Shown here piece after piece: positions 47,018 to 57,535 of a stretch of 64,000 bases of DNA. Every line of letters begins with the position of its first letter. The first letter of the stretch is position 1. The position numbers and the translations under genes were made by a program. The notes below the pieces were generated by a model. It searched no databases, was not told the origin of the DNA, and saw only the letters and a program-made list of their open reading frames with translations. The stretch lies in assembly GCA_026415615.1 (NCBI GenBank), contig JAOAGT010000003.1, positions 103,077-167,076 of the forward strand. Reading direction: 5' to 3'. The stretch comes from Thermoleophilia bacterium. Its GTDB lineage: Bacteria > Actinomycetota > Thermoleophilia > RBG-16-64-13.

Positions 47018-49784
47018 CTTCTTTGATCTCGTAGGCCTCTATGATGTCGCCCTCACGGATATCGTCAAAACCATCGAGATGCAGACCGCACTCGTAGCCC
47101 GCAGCCACCTCGCGCACATCGTCGGCAAAGCGCTTGAGGGAATCAATGCCGCCCTCCCAAATGATGTTGCCATCTCGCACCACCCGCACCTTGGCAGAGC
47201 GAGCAATCTTGCCAGTTTGCACATAACATCCGGCGATAGTGCCCACCTTTGATGCGTGGAACACCTTGCGCACTTCTGCGGTTCCGATTTCTTCTTCCAC
47301 CTGCTCTGGCCCCAGAAGTCCCAGCAGCGCCGCCTCCACGTCCTCAATAGCCTTGTAGATCACGCGATACGTGCGGACATCAACGCGCTCTTGCTCAGCC
47401 AAAGCCTTGGCCGCCGCCGACGGCCTGACATTAAACCCAATAACCACCGCCTTGGAGGCGGAAGCCAGCATGATGTCGGACTCGTTAATCCCGCCTACAC
47501 CCGCATGCACAATTTCAACCTTGGCCTCTGGATGCGTGATGTTTCGCAACGCCTCTTCTAGAGCCTCCACTGAGCCGACCACGTCGGCCTTGATAATGAT
47601 CGGAAGCTCTTTCACCCGGCCTTCCTTCAAACGGCGGTAGAACTCCTCGAGTGTGGTGGCTCCGCTGCGGCTTTTAGCCAGTTGCTCCTGCCTTATCCTG
47701 GCAGCACGCCGTTCAGCCCTCTGCCGCGCCTCGCGCTCGTCTTTGACCACCATCACGAAATCACCGGCTTGAGGCACTGTGTTAAAGCCCAACACTTGCA
47801 CCGGCATAGAGGGGGTGGCTTCACGCACAGCGTTACCCATGAAGTCGAACATTGCTTTTACTTTGCCGTAGGCCTCCCCGCAGACCATGGCGTCGCCAAT
47901 ACGAAGTGTTCCTCGCTGAACAAGAACTGTCGCCACTGGCCCACGCCCTACATCCAGCTGCGCCTCAATTACTACCCCGCTTGCCGGAGCATGGGGGTTG
48001 GCTTTCAGCTCCTGCATCTCAGCCACAAGGAGAATCATCTCCATGAGCTCATCCAGATTCAGACGCTGCTTGGCGGAAACCTCCACCACGACGGTATCGC
48101 CGCCCCATTCTTCAGGCACAAGACCTTGATCGGCCAACTGTTTCTTTACCCGATCAGGATTGGCGTCCGGCAAATCGATCTTGTTGATCGCCACCACGAT
48201 GGGTACTTCTGCCGCGCGTGCATGACTAATCGCCTCTAAGGTTTGCGGCATGACCCCGTCATTGGCAGCCACAACAATCACAGCGATATCAGTGACCTTA
48301 GCACCGCGAGCACGCATAGCGGTGAACGCTTCGTGGCCTGGAGTGTCCAGGAACGTCACCTTCCTATCGTTGTGAGTAACCTGGTATGCTCCGATGTGCT
48401 GCGTAATGCCGCCGGCTTCATTCTTGGCGACTTCTGTTTCACGAATAGCGTCAAGCAACGAGGTTTTGCCGTGGTCTACGTGCCCCATGATAGTGACCAC
48501 GGGAGGCCGAGGAACCAAATCAGCCGGATCATCCACAAACATGTCCGGCCCTTCGTGCTCCTCCTCTGCGTGCTCGATCTGCACTTGACGCCCGAACTCT
48601 TCGGCCAGTACCAAAATGGCTTCGTCAGACAACGACTGTGTAATGGTGACCATCTCACCTAGCTTGATGAGCGTCTTGATCAGCTCGCCAGCGCTGATCT
48701 GCAAAGCCTCGCTTAGGTCCTTGACACTAGCCCCACTCTTGACGGTTACAGGAGACTCCACTCCGGGAGGCGCCTTTTTCTTGGCTTGGGGCTTCTCGGC
48801 CTCGACAGTCGCTCCCGCTCGGCCGGCAGCCGTCTTGCCGCTCTTGCGCCCGGCCTGCGAATCAATGATCACCCGGCGTTTGGAAGACTTTTCCTCTCCC
48901 CGTCTTGCTCTGTATCCCCCTGAGGGACGCACAGGGCTAACGAGACCCGTGGCTTCCGCAGCCTCCGCCCAGATCTCGGGAATCGGGATCGACGCAACCC
49001 TAGGTCGAGGCGGCCGCCTCTCGGGAACGTCGCGGGTGACTGCTGCCCCACGAGTACGCTCCTTTGGCCCTCCGGCTCCCTTGGGAGGGGTGGGTACCGT
49101 CTGCGTGTCGCGCGCTGCTGCGGGAGCCGCGGGACGCTCTGGACCAGTTACCTTCTCAGCCGCGGCCGCCTTTTCCGCTGCAGCCTTTTCCGCCGCCGCC
49201 TTCTTTGCTGCTTCCGCCTGAGCTGCCTTCTCTGCCTGCATCCGAGCCAACTCTTCCTTGGTCACGACGTTTGACGAGGGGGTAGCTCCTTTACGCATCG
49301 GAACTCCGGGACCCACTACCGTGGGAAGATCCTCCAAGCGAACACCGCGGTTCTTACCGCGCTGTCCTTTGCGCGCAGCCGGGCGCTGCCCGGCTGCGCG
49401 CCCCTCCTTGGGACGCGCCCCTGATGGTGAACTTTCTTGCGCGCTCGCCTGTGGCGCGCGCGCCTCTTGGCTTCGAGAGTCCGAGACCGGACCGCGCTTG
49501 GAGGTAGCGCCAGAAGTCTCCGGAGCCTTGGTTGCCTCGACCGTTGCCGAATGCTGGGCTGGAGGCTCTTCCGGTAACTCTCGGCCTTGCGCCTCTACAG
49601 ACACCGCCTCGCCAGCCTCCGAAGGACCCCTAGAGACCTGGGCCAGTACCCGCTCTACTTCTTCTTCCTCCACCCCCGAAACACTGCTTTTTACGTCCAG
49701 GCCGGCCTGGTGGAGACGCTCCAGCAGCTCGTGGCTGGTAAGCCCTTTCTCTCTTGCAATTTCATATACTCTCTTTTTTGCCAC
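47004..49784 (-). CDS. infB: Translation initiation factor IF-2
   Basis: [17 protein letters not shown]; long Ala/Pro-rich N-terminal region with AAAEK repeats. Confidence 0.98.
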   Translation of the reverse strand: MAKKRVYEIAREKGLTSHELLERLHQAGLDVKSSVSGVEEEEVERVLAQVSRGPSEAGEAVSVEAQGRELPEEPPAQHSATVEATKAPETSGATSKRGPVSDSRSQEARAPQASAQESSPSGARPKEGRAAGQRPAARKGQRGKNRGVRLEDLPTVVGPGVPMRKGATPSSNVVTKEELARMQAEKAAQAEAAKKAAAEKAAAEKAAAAEKVTGPERPAAPAAARDTQTVPTPPKGAGGPKERTRGAAVTRDVPERRPPRPRVASIPIPEIWAEAAEATGLVSPVRPSGGYRARRGEEKSSKRRVIIDSQAGRKSGKTAAGRAGATVEAEKPQAKKKAPPGVESPVTVKSGASVKDLSEALQISAGELIKTLIKLGEMVTITQSLSDEAILVLAEEFGRQVQIEHAEEEHEGPDMFVDDPADLVPRPPVVTIMGHVDHGKTSLLDAIRETEVAKNEAGGITQHIGAYQVTHNDRKVTFLDTPGHEAFTAMRARGAKVTDIAVIVVAANDGVMPQTLEAISHARAAEVPIVVAINKIDLPDANPDRVKKQLADQGLVPEEWGGDTVVVEVSAKQRLNLDELMEMILLVAEMQELKANPHAPASGVVIEAQLDVGRGPVATVLVQRGTLRIGDAMVCGEAYGKVKAMFDFMGNAVREATPSMPVQVLGFNTVPQAGDFVMVVKDEREARQRAERRAARIRQEQLAKSRSGATTLEEFYRRLKEGRVKELPIIIKADVVGSVEALEEALRNITHPEAKVEIVHAGVGGINESDIMLASASKAVVIGFNVRPSAAAKALAEQERVDVRTYRVIYKAIEDVEAALLGLLGPEQVEEEIGTAEVRKVFHASKVGTIAGCYVQTGKIARSAKVRVVRDGNIIWEGGIDSLKRFADDVREVAAGYECGLHLDGFDDIREGDIIEAYEIKEVART

Positions 49785-49813
49785 GCCCCACCTGTCTCTC
49801 CGGCCCGCTTATC

Positions 49814-50101
49814 TCAACCCTCGGTTGGAGCCTCTATAGCCTCCAGAATCTCGTCCACTGAAACCTCGACGCTCATGCGAAATGCTCGTTGAAATGCCTT
49901 TCGCTGAAGAGCACGGTCCAAACATACTCTGCGCTTACAAAGATACGCCCCTCTGCCTTTTCTGTCTCGGGTGTTCTTGACTACTACAACCCGCGGGGGC
50001 ATAACCTCCTTGTCGACTCTGAGCCATACGAACTCGCTCTGCGGACCGCGCAACCCGCAGCCGATACACTGCCGCTCAGGTTCTTTCTTTTGCTTTTTCA
50101 T
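49814..50101 (-). CDS. ylxR: YlxR/RnpM family protein
   Basis: PERQCIGC, GRGAYLC. Confidence 0.9.
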   Translation of the reverse strand: MKKQKKEPERQCIGCGLRGPQSEFVWLRVDKEVMPPRVVVVKNTRDRKGRGAYLCKRRVCLDRALQRKAFQRAFRMSVEVSVDEILEAIEAPTEG

Positions 50102-51263
50102 TCGCCAGCGCCTGATGAGAAGGAATGCCACAGTATAGACTGCCGGGCAACGCCGCGTTTGGACAGCGCTTGCCTCCGGAAGTCAGAGCGTGGCACCTGC
50201 CATCAACCACCAGCGGCTCAACCTCGGCTGGCGCGTACGTTCCGGCCTCTTCTTCGCTCATCTCCGATTCTGATTTTATGTCAATCTTCCATCCGGTTAG
50301 CCGATTGGCGAGACGCGCATTTTGTCCATCTTTGCCTATGGCCAGCGACAGCTGATCATCCGGCACAACCACCACCGCCTCGCGCCTAGCGTCGTCGAGA
50401 ATCACCTCGCGCACACGAGCAGGAGAAAGCGCTTTGGCTACAAACCGCGCCGGCTCATCGTCATATGGGATGATGTCGATCTTCTCGCCCCTTAGCTCCG
50501 ACACCACCATGCGCACACGCGAGCCCCGTGGCCCGACGCACGCACCGACAGGGTCTACACCATCGGCATGAGACACCACCGCGATCTTGGAGCGATAGCC
50601 TGGCTCGCGAGCCACCGCCACTATTTCCACCAGGCCGTCAGCGATCTCGGGAACTTCCAATTCAAAGAGACGCTTTACCAACTCCTCGCTGCGCCGAGAC
50701 AGTATGATGGGCGGCTCTTTGGGATTATGTATAACCTCTTTGATAATGGCCTTCAGGCGCATCCCGTGCTCGTATCTCTCGGTAGGCACCTGCTCGCTCT
50801 TAGGCAGACGGGCTTCGACTCGCCCCAAGTCAACGAGCGTGTAGCGGCTGTCCGACTGCTGAACAATTCCTGTCACTATCTCGCCGATACGTCGTGAGTA
50901 CTCCCGGTAGACGATGTCTTGTTCGGCCTCCCTGATTCTTTGATAAATCACTTGCTTGGCAGTCTGCGCTGCTATGCGGCCAAAATCTTCGGGGGTCACC
51001 TCTCTGCGCTCGGCAAGAGATGCGTCCAGTCGGCCTTCGTGACGCGCATCAGCTGTGGGCTCATGCCCGGGAGGAAACACAAGCTCGTAAACATGAATCT
51101 CGCCAGTATCTCGGTCGATCTTTACCTCCGAGTACGGCACGGCGCGAGGTGTTTTCTGGTAGGCAGAGTGAAGCGCGTCCTCCAAGGCCTCGATGAGCAG
51201 GTCAAAGGGAATGCCCTTTTCTTTCTCTATCTGCCGGAGAGCTTCTATTGTCTCCCTGTTCAT
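50076..51263 (-). CDS. nusA: Transcription factor NusA with a C-terminal CCCH extension
   Basis: FGRIAAQTAKQ, S1 domain, KH (AREPG.RSKIAV, AIGKDGQNARLA). Confidence 0.97.
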   Translation of the reverse strand: MNRETIEALRQIEKEKGIPFDLLIEALEDALHSAYQKTPRAVPYSEVKIDRDTGEIHVYELVFPPGHEPTADARHEGRLDASLAERREVTPEDFGRIAAQTAKQVIYQRIREAEQDIVYREYSRRIGEIVTGIVQQSDSRYTLVDLGRVEARLPKSEQVPTERYEHGMRLKAIIKEVIHNPKEPPIILSRRSEELVKRLFELEVPEIADGLVEIVAVAREPGYRSKIAVVSHADGVDPVGACVGPRGSRVRMVVSELRGEKIDIIPYDDEPARFVAKALSPARVREVILDDARREAVVVVPDDQLSLAIGKDGQNARLANRLTGWKIDIKSESEMSEEEAGTYAPAEVEPLVVDGRCHALTSGGKRCPNAALPGSLYCGIPSHQALANEKAKERT

Positions 51264-51400
51264 CCCCTTCCCCCTAGTTCAAGTAAGTAGCGCGCACGAC
51301 CAAACCAAGCCCTGCGCTCCACATCATGATTCTGCCGCCCAGGACCAGCTTCCTTTTTTCCACACAGACCTTCTTCCTCAAGCGGTCGCAAGACCGTCAA
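51260..51400 (-). pseudogene. 46-codon ORF at the rimP position, possible rimP remnant
   Basis: GGAGG-N5-TTG start; TGA overlaps the nusA ATG; MTVLRPLEEEGLCGKKEAGPGRQNHDVERRAWFGRARYLLELGGRG. Confidence 0.45.
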
Positions 51401-51410
51401 ATAGTCCTCC

Positions 51411-51447
51411 AAAAGTAAAACAAAAGTGGGCCCCCCAACCCACTTTT
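51411..51447 (-). terminator. Attenuator hairpin of the (rimP)-nusA-infB leader
   Basis: AAAAGTGGG-N8-CCCACTTTT then GTTTTACTTTT; TGcTATAAT promoter at 51480-51488. Confidence 0.75.
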
Positions 51448-51499
51448 CCGTGACCTACTCGCCTTTCGTTTGCGGAAGAATTATAGCACTGATGCCGAG

Positions 51500-53263
51500 C
51501 TAGTCTGCCTGCTCCCACATGTTTCGCACCCGAATTGCGCACTCGCCCACTGACACTTCTGTCTGTTCGCCAGTGGCGCGCAACTGAACCTCCACCATGC
51601 CTTGACTCACTTTCCTACCCACCGTCACCCTCACTGGACACCCGATCAGTTCGGCGTCCGCAAACTTGAAACCCGGCCTCTCATCCCTTTCGTCCCAGAG
51701 CACCTCTAGCCCCGCAGCCTGCAGATCATCATATAGCTTGACCGCCACTTCCGTTTGCCCTGGATCATCCCTTTGTACTTGAACCAGATACACGTCAAAA
51801 GGCGCAATTGCCTTGGGCCACACAATCCCCTTGTCGTCGCTCCGCTGCTCCACAGCCGCCGCCGCGACACGGGCTGGGCCAATCCCGTAAGAGCCCATTA
51901 CCAGTGGGCGCTCCTGGCCGCGCTCGTCAAGTACAGTTGCCCCCAGCGGCAGCGAGTACTTCGTGCCCAGCTTGAAGATGTTCCCCACCTCAATTCCCGT
52001 CTCTATGGACAACGGCTGACCGCAGCGAGGACACCCTTCGCCCTGTTGCGCTTGGCGCAGATCAGCGTATTCCGCGTGGAAGTCTCTCTCGGGCACCACC
52101 CCAACGATGTGGGTGTGAGGCTTATTGGCCCCGGTAACAAAGCCTGCGAACGAATTCTGGTCGCCGGAGTGGCTGCGCGGCGAAAGAACCTCGTCGGCCA
52201 CAATGCGCATTCCCTGCGTCCCAGGCAGACCCACAGGCCCTACAAACCCAGGCTCCACGCCTACGGCTGCCTTGACCTCGTCCGCGCTCGCGGGCCGAAC
52301 TTCGCACCTCAAGTAGCGCGCCAGTTTATTTTCCTGCAGTTCGTGGTCCCCCCGCAGGAGAGCCATGACAGGATTCCCGCCGGCCATGTACACGAGAGCC
52401 TTAATCACGGAGCTTGGAGAAACTCCCAGAAATGCACACACCTCCGCGATAGTGCGCACGCCGGGAGTGGGCACTTCATTCGGGCTCTGCTTCTCGTCCG
52501 CTTGCTTCGCGCCGACGGCTCCGGGCGAAGTTTCCGGCGAGAAGGCCACCGAGCGCGCCATCTCCACATTAGCCGCATATCCGCAGGATTTGCACAGAGC
52601 AATGCGGTCCTCTCCTGCTTCGGACGGGGCAATGTACTCGTGCGCCTGAGCTCCGCCCATGAAGCCTGTGTCGCTTTCCACCCGGTAAAAGCGCAGACCG
52701 CATCTGGAAAAGATCCGATCATACGCCTGGATGTGCTTTTGATAGCTCAGTTCAAGACCCGCCTCGTCCAAATCAAAAGAGTACGAGTCTTTCATCAGAA
52801 ATTCGCGCACCCGTAAGATGCCCCCCTTGGGACGCGGCTCGTCTCTAAACTTTAACTGAAGCTGATACCAGATCTGTGGCAGGTCACGATAAGAGCGGAG
52901 CTCACGCGCAGCAAGCCAGGCGAAAACTTCTTCGTGGGTCATCGCCAAGACCATGTCCCGGCCGCCCCGGTCTTTAAGCCGGAACATTTCATCACCGATG
53001 GCGTCGTATCTCCCTGTGGCCTGCCACACCTCGGCAGGATGTAGCGTGGGCATAGAAAGTTCTATTGCGCCAATGGAATCCATTTCTTCCCGAATAATTT
53101 GGCAGATCCGTTGCATCACCCGCCAACCCAGCGGAAGCATGATGTAAATCCCAGACGCCAATTGACGCACAAATCCACCCCTTACAAGAAGCTTATGGCT
53201 TCTCGCTTCGGCATCAGCGGGATCTTCTTTTAAAGTGGGCATAAAAAGGGCGCTTGCCCGCAT
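51500..53263 (-). CDS. proS: Prolyl-tRNA synthetase (bacterial type with editing insertion)
   Basis: SHKLL.RGG, THEE, KFRDEPRP, REFLMKDSYSF, GNIFKLGTKYS. Confidence 0.97.
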   Translation of the reverse strand: MRASALFMPTLKEDPADAEARSHKLLVRGGFVRQLASGIYIMLPLGWRVMQRICQIIREEMDSIGAIELSMPTLHPAEVWQATGRYDAIGDEMFRLKDRGGRDMVLAMTHEEVFAWLAARELRSYRDLPQIWYQLQLKFRDEPRPKGGILRVREFLMKDSYSFDLDEAGLELSYQKHIQAYDRIFSRCGLRFYRVESDTGFMGGAQAHEYIAPSEAGEDRIALCKSCGYAANVEMARSVAFSPETSPGAVGAKQADEKQSPNEVPTPGVRTIAEVCAFLGVSPSSVIKALVYMAGGNPVMALLRGDHELQENKLARYLRCEVRPASADEVKAAVGVEPGFVGPVGLPGTQGMRIVADEVLSPRSHSGDQNSFAGFVTGANKPHTHIVGVVPERDFHAEYADLRQAQQGEGCPRCGQPLSIETGIEVGNIFKLGTKYSLPLGATVLDERGQERPLVMGSYGIGPARVAAAAVEQRSDDKGIVWPKAIAPFDVYLVQVQRDDPGQTEVAVKLYDDLQAAGLEVLWDERDERPGFKFADAELIGCPVRVTVGRKVSQGMVEVQLRATGEQTEVSVGECAIRVRNMWEQAD

Positions 53264-53306
53264 GTCTCCCTCCTGCTCTTAGTTACAAATGTGCCCGGTG
53301 GGCGCG

Positions 53307-54371
53307 TCACGAAAGCTGCTCGCCTTCAGTCCTACGAGCAATTTCTGCAAAAAGGGCTTCCACAAGCTCGCTCTCGGGCACCTTTCGTACTGGCCGCCCT
53401 TTGGCGAATACGACGCCCTCTTTCTTGCCGCAGGCTATTCCAAAGTCAGCTTTTCGCGCTTCCCCTGGGCCGTTAACTATACAGCCCATCACAGCAACCT
53501 CAATGTCTAGCCCCAACCTGACCAGACGGTCCTCCACTTCTCGGGCAAGCGGTTCAAGGTCCACTTCGGTGCGGCCGCAAGTGGGACACGAGATAACGCG
53601 CGGGCCCCGAGGAATCAGCTCCAAGGTGCGGAGTATTTCGAGCCCTACCCGCACTTCCTCAAGGGGATCACCAGTGAGCGAAACTCGTATAGTGTCCCCT
53701 ATACCCCGGGAGAGCAAAGCCCCAAGCACAACAGCGCTTCGCAGGGATCCAGCCCATGGCGTTCCCGCTTCAGTAAGACCGAGATGTAACGGATAGGGGA
53801 GCTCCTCCGCCAGACGCTGGTAGGCGGCGATGGTGACGGGGCCCGAAGACGATTTGGCCGAGACTTTGATCAGCCGAAAATCAAGATCCTCCAAGAAGGA
53901 AACGTGCCGCCTGACAGACTCAACCAGCGCCGCAGCTGGGTCCCGTTGTTCAAGTGAGCGCAAATCCCGCTCTAGTGACCCCGAATTGACTCCCACTCGG
54001 ATCACCGTGCCATGCTCTCGGGCAGCCCTAACTACCTCCTTGACTTTTTCCCGGCCGCCGATATTGCCCGGGTTTATCCGCACTCCGGCCACGCCTGCGT
54101 TGATGGCCGCCAACGCAAGTCGGTGGTCAAAGTGAACATCAGCTACAAGAGCCACCGGACTCTCGGCGACCAAAATTCCAAGGACTTGAGCAGCTCGCTC
54201 GTCAGGGACCGCCACTCGCACTATCCGGGCACCAGCCGTGGCTAAGGCGCGAATCTGCTGCAAAGTCGCTTCGACATCGTGAGTCGGCGTCTTGGTCATG
54301 GACTGCACAACTACGGGTGCGCCTCCCCCCACAGGAACGCCACCGACCGAGATCTGCACCGGGCTTGCCAA
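53307..54371 (-). CDS. ispG: HMBPP synthase IspG
   Basis: VQSMT, ADVHFD, RINPGN, CPTCGR, GCIVNGPGE. Confidence 0.97.
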   Translation of the reverse strand: MASPVQISVGGVPVGGGAPVVVQSMTKTPTHDVEATLQQIRALATAGARIVRVAVPDERAAQVLGILVAESPVALVADVHFDHRLALAAINAGVAGVRINPGNIGGREKVKEVVRAAREHGTVIRVGVNSGSLERDLRSLEQRDPAAALVESVRRHVSFLEDLDFRLIKVSAKSSSGPVTIAAYQRLAEELPYPLHLGLTEAGTPWAGSLRSAVVLGALLSRGIGDTIRVSLTGDPLEEVRVGLEILRTLELIPRGPRVISCPTCGRTEVDLEPLAREVEDRLVRLGLDIEVAVMGCIVNGPGEARKADFGIACGKKEGVVFAKGRPVRKVPESELVEALFAEIARRTEGEQLS

Positions 54372-54409
54372 CGAAGAAACCTCCGAAACAGCGGCTCCCG
54401 GGGGTCTGT

Positions 54410-55579
54410 CTACCAGCCGCCAAAGAGGCGTCCCAGGTCGTTGGACGTAGCCAGCAGGAAAAGAGCCACAAATAGCCCAATCCCCACCATGGAAATGCGC
54501 TCAAAAACGCGCAGCGGAATCGCACGCCCACGGACCCGTTCAACAATGCTCAAGAGCACATGACCCCCATCTAGAGGCAGAAGAGGCAGCATGTTGAGAA
54601 TGGCCAGGTTTACGCTGATAAGAGCAAGAAGCATCAGATAGTACCCGCCCACAAAGGCCTCAGTGGAAAGCTGAATGATGCCCACCGGGCCGGCCAGACC
54701 TTGAGAGCCTAAGACAGGCACTTCGCCGGTGAACATCATCCAAAGCCCCTTGAAAACAAGGAGCGCCATACTCCCTGTAACCCGGCCTGCGTAAGCAAGA
54801 GCAGCGGCAGGTCCCAGATCTTTTTGCTTTACTGCCGGCTCAACTCCCAGATAACCCGTGCCGTCTTCCCGCTCCGCCAGGAGCACAGATATCTGCTTGG
54901 TCTCACCAGCTCGCTCCACTGTTATCGTGATAGTCTCCCCCGGCTTCGTGAGCACCTGGGTTCGGACGTCTTGCCAATCGGATATTGGCGAGCCATTGAT
55001 GGCGACAATACGGTCGCCAGACTCAAGCCCTGCAAGAGCAGCCGGGGTTCCCGGAGCCACAGCCGAAATGCTAGTGGTGGTAACCGTCTCTCCTTGCTGA
55101 ACACCTACCACCCAAACCAGGAAGAACGCCACCACCACGTTCATTACAACACCGGCGATGATGAACAAGAACTTATGCCAAAAAGGATGAGCGTAGTACC
55201 GGCGTTCGAGCGGCGTAGAAGCAATTTCCTGCGCACTAAGGACCCGGCGTCCAGCCAGGCGATCCTCGGGATCGCGGGCCGCGCGGTACGAACCGCGGGA
55301 TAATTCGCCCCTTTTCTCCGCCTCTGCTTCGGCCACCCAGGCTTCAAACTCCTCTTTGTGCATTCCCGTCACGCGAACGTAGCCGCCCAGAGGTATAGCC
55401 GAAATACCGTAGACAGTCTCCCCAATGCGTCGGCTTATCAGATACGGGCCGAAACCAAGGCTAAACTCCTCTACTCGCATGCCTGTCGCTTTGGCCACAA
55501 TGAAGTGGCCAAACTCATGGGCGAGAATCAAGAAGCCGAGCCCAACTATGGCCACTATGACACCAAGAAACCCCATCAC
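54410..55579 (-). CDS. rseP: RseP-like M50 site-2 protease with PDZ domain
   Basis: HEFGH, PLGGYV, PDZ domain, NMLPLLPLDGG. Confidence 0.93.
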   Translation of the reverse strand: MMGFLGVIVAIVGLGFLILAHEFGHFIVAKATGMRVEEFSLGFGPYLISRRIGETVYGISAIPLGGYVRVTGMHKEEFEAWVAEAEAEKRGELSRGSYRAARDPEDRLAGRRVLSAQEIASTPLERRYYAHPFWHKFLFIIAGVVMNVVVAFFLVWVVGVQQGETVTTTSISAVAPGTPAALAGLESGDRIVAINGSPISDWQDVRTQVLTKPGETITITVERAGETKQISVLLAEREDGTGYLGVEPAVKQKDLGPAAALAYAGRVTGSMALLVFKGLWMMFTGEVPVLGSQGLAGPVGIIQLSTEAFVGGYYLMLLALISVNLAILNMLPLLPLDGGHVLLSIVERVRGRAIPLRVFERISMVGIGLFVALFLLATSNDLGRLFGGW

Positions 55580-56739
55580 GTCTTCCTCAGCCGCTGCTCA
55601 TTTACAGCCTGTCTAGCTACCTCCCGGGCCCACTCGTCAACCCAACGAGCCTCCTCGTAAGTGCCAAACGACCCGCCCGGGCTCTCGCTGATCACTTTTT
55701 GCACTACCTCCCATATACCCAAAAATGTCAGCTCCCCGCCCAAAAACGCCTCCACTGCCACCTCATTGGCTGCATTAAGAGCGCAGGTGGCAACGTCACC
55801 CTTACGTCCAGCTTCGCGGGCTAAGCTAAGGGAAGGAAAAGTGTCCTCATCAGGAGAGAAAAATTCAAGAGCCACTCCCGCAGCTAGATCGAGCGACGCC
55901 GCCTGCACCGAGGTTCTGTTGGGATAGTTAAGCGCATACGCAATGGGAATGCGCATGTCTGTCGCTCCCAGGTGAGCCACAAATGCCCCATCCTTCAAGC
56001 GGACAAGGCCGTGAACAATGGATTGAGGATGCACCAAGACTTCGATCTGCTCGTAAGAAAGGCCGAACAAGTGATGGGCTTCTATGATTTCGAGAGCTTT
56101 GTTCATGAGTGTGGCTGAATCAATAGTGATTTTTGGCCCCATCGACCAAGTGGGATGGGCAAGAGCCTCCTCGGGTGTGACAGCCCGCAGTTGGTCGCGC
56201 TTGCGGCCTCTGAACGGCCCCCCTGAGGCTGTCAGCACGACTGTCTCCACTTCATCGGGGCTAATCCCGGCAAGCAGTTGATATATTGCCGAGTGCTCAG
56301 AATCCACGGGAATGATTGCGGCGCCTGCAGAAGCAGCCAACCCCATCACTAGAGAGCCAGCACACACCAAGCTTTCCTTGTTGGCTAAAGCAAGTACCGT
56401 CCCCCTGGACAACGCCGCCAAGGTAGCCTGCAGCCCGGCAAAACCCACAATGGCGTTCAGCACCACGTCGGCATCTACCTCGTCCACTAGACGAGCAGAC
56501 GCGTCGGCGCCGCTGCGCACTCGCAGCTCCGGATAAAGAGTAGGTGATACGGTGCGTGCCGCCTCTTCGTCGGCAATGGCCAATTCGTTCACTCCCAGCG
56601 AAACCGCCTGCTCGAGAAGCAGAGCTACATTTTTGGCGCAAGAAAGGCCAACTACCTTGAGATCTCGGCTGCACGCAATAACTCTTAATGCTTGCACCCC
56701 GACAGATCCTGTGGCGCCCAGAACAATAACTCGCCGCAT
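55576..56739 (-). CDS. dxr: DXP reductoisomerase
   Basis: LGATGSVG, LANKESL, PVDSEH, HPTWSMG, NAANE. Confidence 0.97.
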   Translation of the reverse strand: MRRVIVLGATGSVGVQALRVIACSRDLKVVGLSCAKNVALLLEQAVSLGVNELAIADEEAARTVSPTLYPELRVRSGADASARLVDEVDADVVLNAIVGFAGLQATLAALSRGTVLALANKESLVCAGSLVMGLAASAGAAIIPVDSEHSAIYQLLAGISPDEVETVVLTASGGPFRGRKRDQLRAVTPEEALAHPTWSMGPKITIDSATLMNKALEIIEAHHLFGLSYEQIEVLVHPQSIVHGLVRLKDGAFVAHLGATDMRIPIAYALNYPNRTSVQAASLDLAAGVALEFFSPDEDTFPSLSLAREAGRKGDVATCALNAANEVAVEAFLGGELTFLGIWEVVQKVISESPGGSFGTYEEARWVDEWAREVARQAVNEQRLRKT

Positions 56740-56752
56740 TTTTCCTCAGATC

Positions 56753-57535
56753 CTAAAGTAGCAGCACAACTGCCCAGTAACCCGCCACACCTGCAAACAG
56801 CAGAGAGTCAAAACGATCTAAGATCCCGCCATGGCCCGGAAGAAGCCCGCCTGAGTCTTTAAGGCGAAAGTCCCGCTTAAAGGCAGACTCAAAGAGGTCG
56901 CCCCATTGACCTACTATCCCTACCACCAACCCCAGAATGATTGCCTGTTTTACGGAGAGCCAAGGAGAGTAGATCTTCACCACTAATGCGGCAACCACCG
57001 CTCCAACAAGCCCACCAACAGCCCCTTCAATAGACTTCTGTGGCGAAATTTGAGGGGCAAGCTTGTGACGCCCGATAGCTTTTCCCACAAAAAAAGCAAA
57101 AGTATCGTTGAGGACGGTGCAGGCCAAAACCAGAAGAGTAAGAGCAAGACCATGCTCCAGAGCCCGCACAAGCAGCACGTACGCAAAACCAACTGCGATC
57201 CACACTACCCCAAAGGCGGTGATAGATATTCGCCCCACCAAATGCGCGCCCAGTTCCCCAAAGAGCGACCAGAAGAAAGAAAGAACAAGCAGCGCCCCGA
57301 GCCCCAGCAAGATACCGTAGGGACCCAAGAAAAAAGCCCCCACGATCACTCCCAGCCCACTCAAGTATCCTACGAGTAGATTGGGACGATACGGACGAAG
57401 GATTGTGTAGTACTCGTGGAGCCCAAGAAAGGTTAGGACTAGGGCTAACCCAAGAAGGTAGTAGCTCCCCAGGATGGCTGCGGCAAGCCCAATCGGAAGA
57501 GCGATCAGAGCTACAAGCACTCGCTGCTTAAGCAT
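56753..57535 (-). CDS. cdsA: Phosphatidate cytidylyltransferase
   Basis: ISPQKSIEG, GDLFESAFKR..KDSG..PGHGGILDRFD. Confidence 0.95.
   Translation of the reverse strand: MLKQRVLVALIALPIGLAAAILGSYYLLGLALVLTFLGLHEYYTILRPYRPNLLVGYLSGLGVIVGAFFLGPYGILLGLGALLVLSFFWSLFGELGAHLVGRISITAFGVVWIAVGFAYVLLVRALEHGLALTLLVLACTVLNDTFAFFVGKAIGRHKLAPQISPQKSIEGAVGGLVGAVVAALVVKIYSPWLSVKQAIILGLVVGIVGQWGDLFESAFKRDFRLKDSGGLLPGHGGILDRFDSLLFAGVAGYWAVVLLL

Noticed and set aside
51755-52816. Long plus-strand ORF (353 aa) and similar antisense ORFs such as 26110-26832 and 6783-7475
   Set aside because: These are shadow frames opposite well-conserved genes in GC-rich DNA, with no recognisable motifs.
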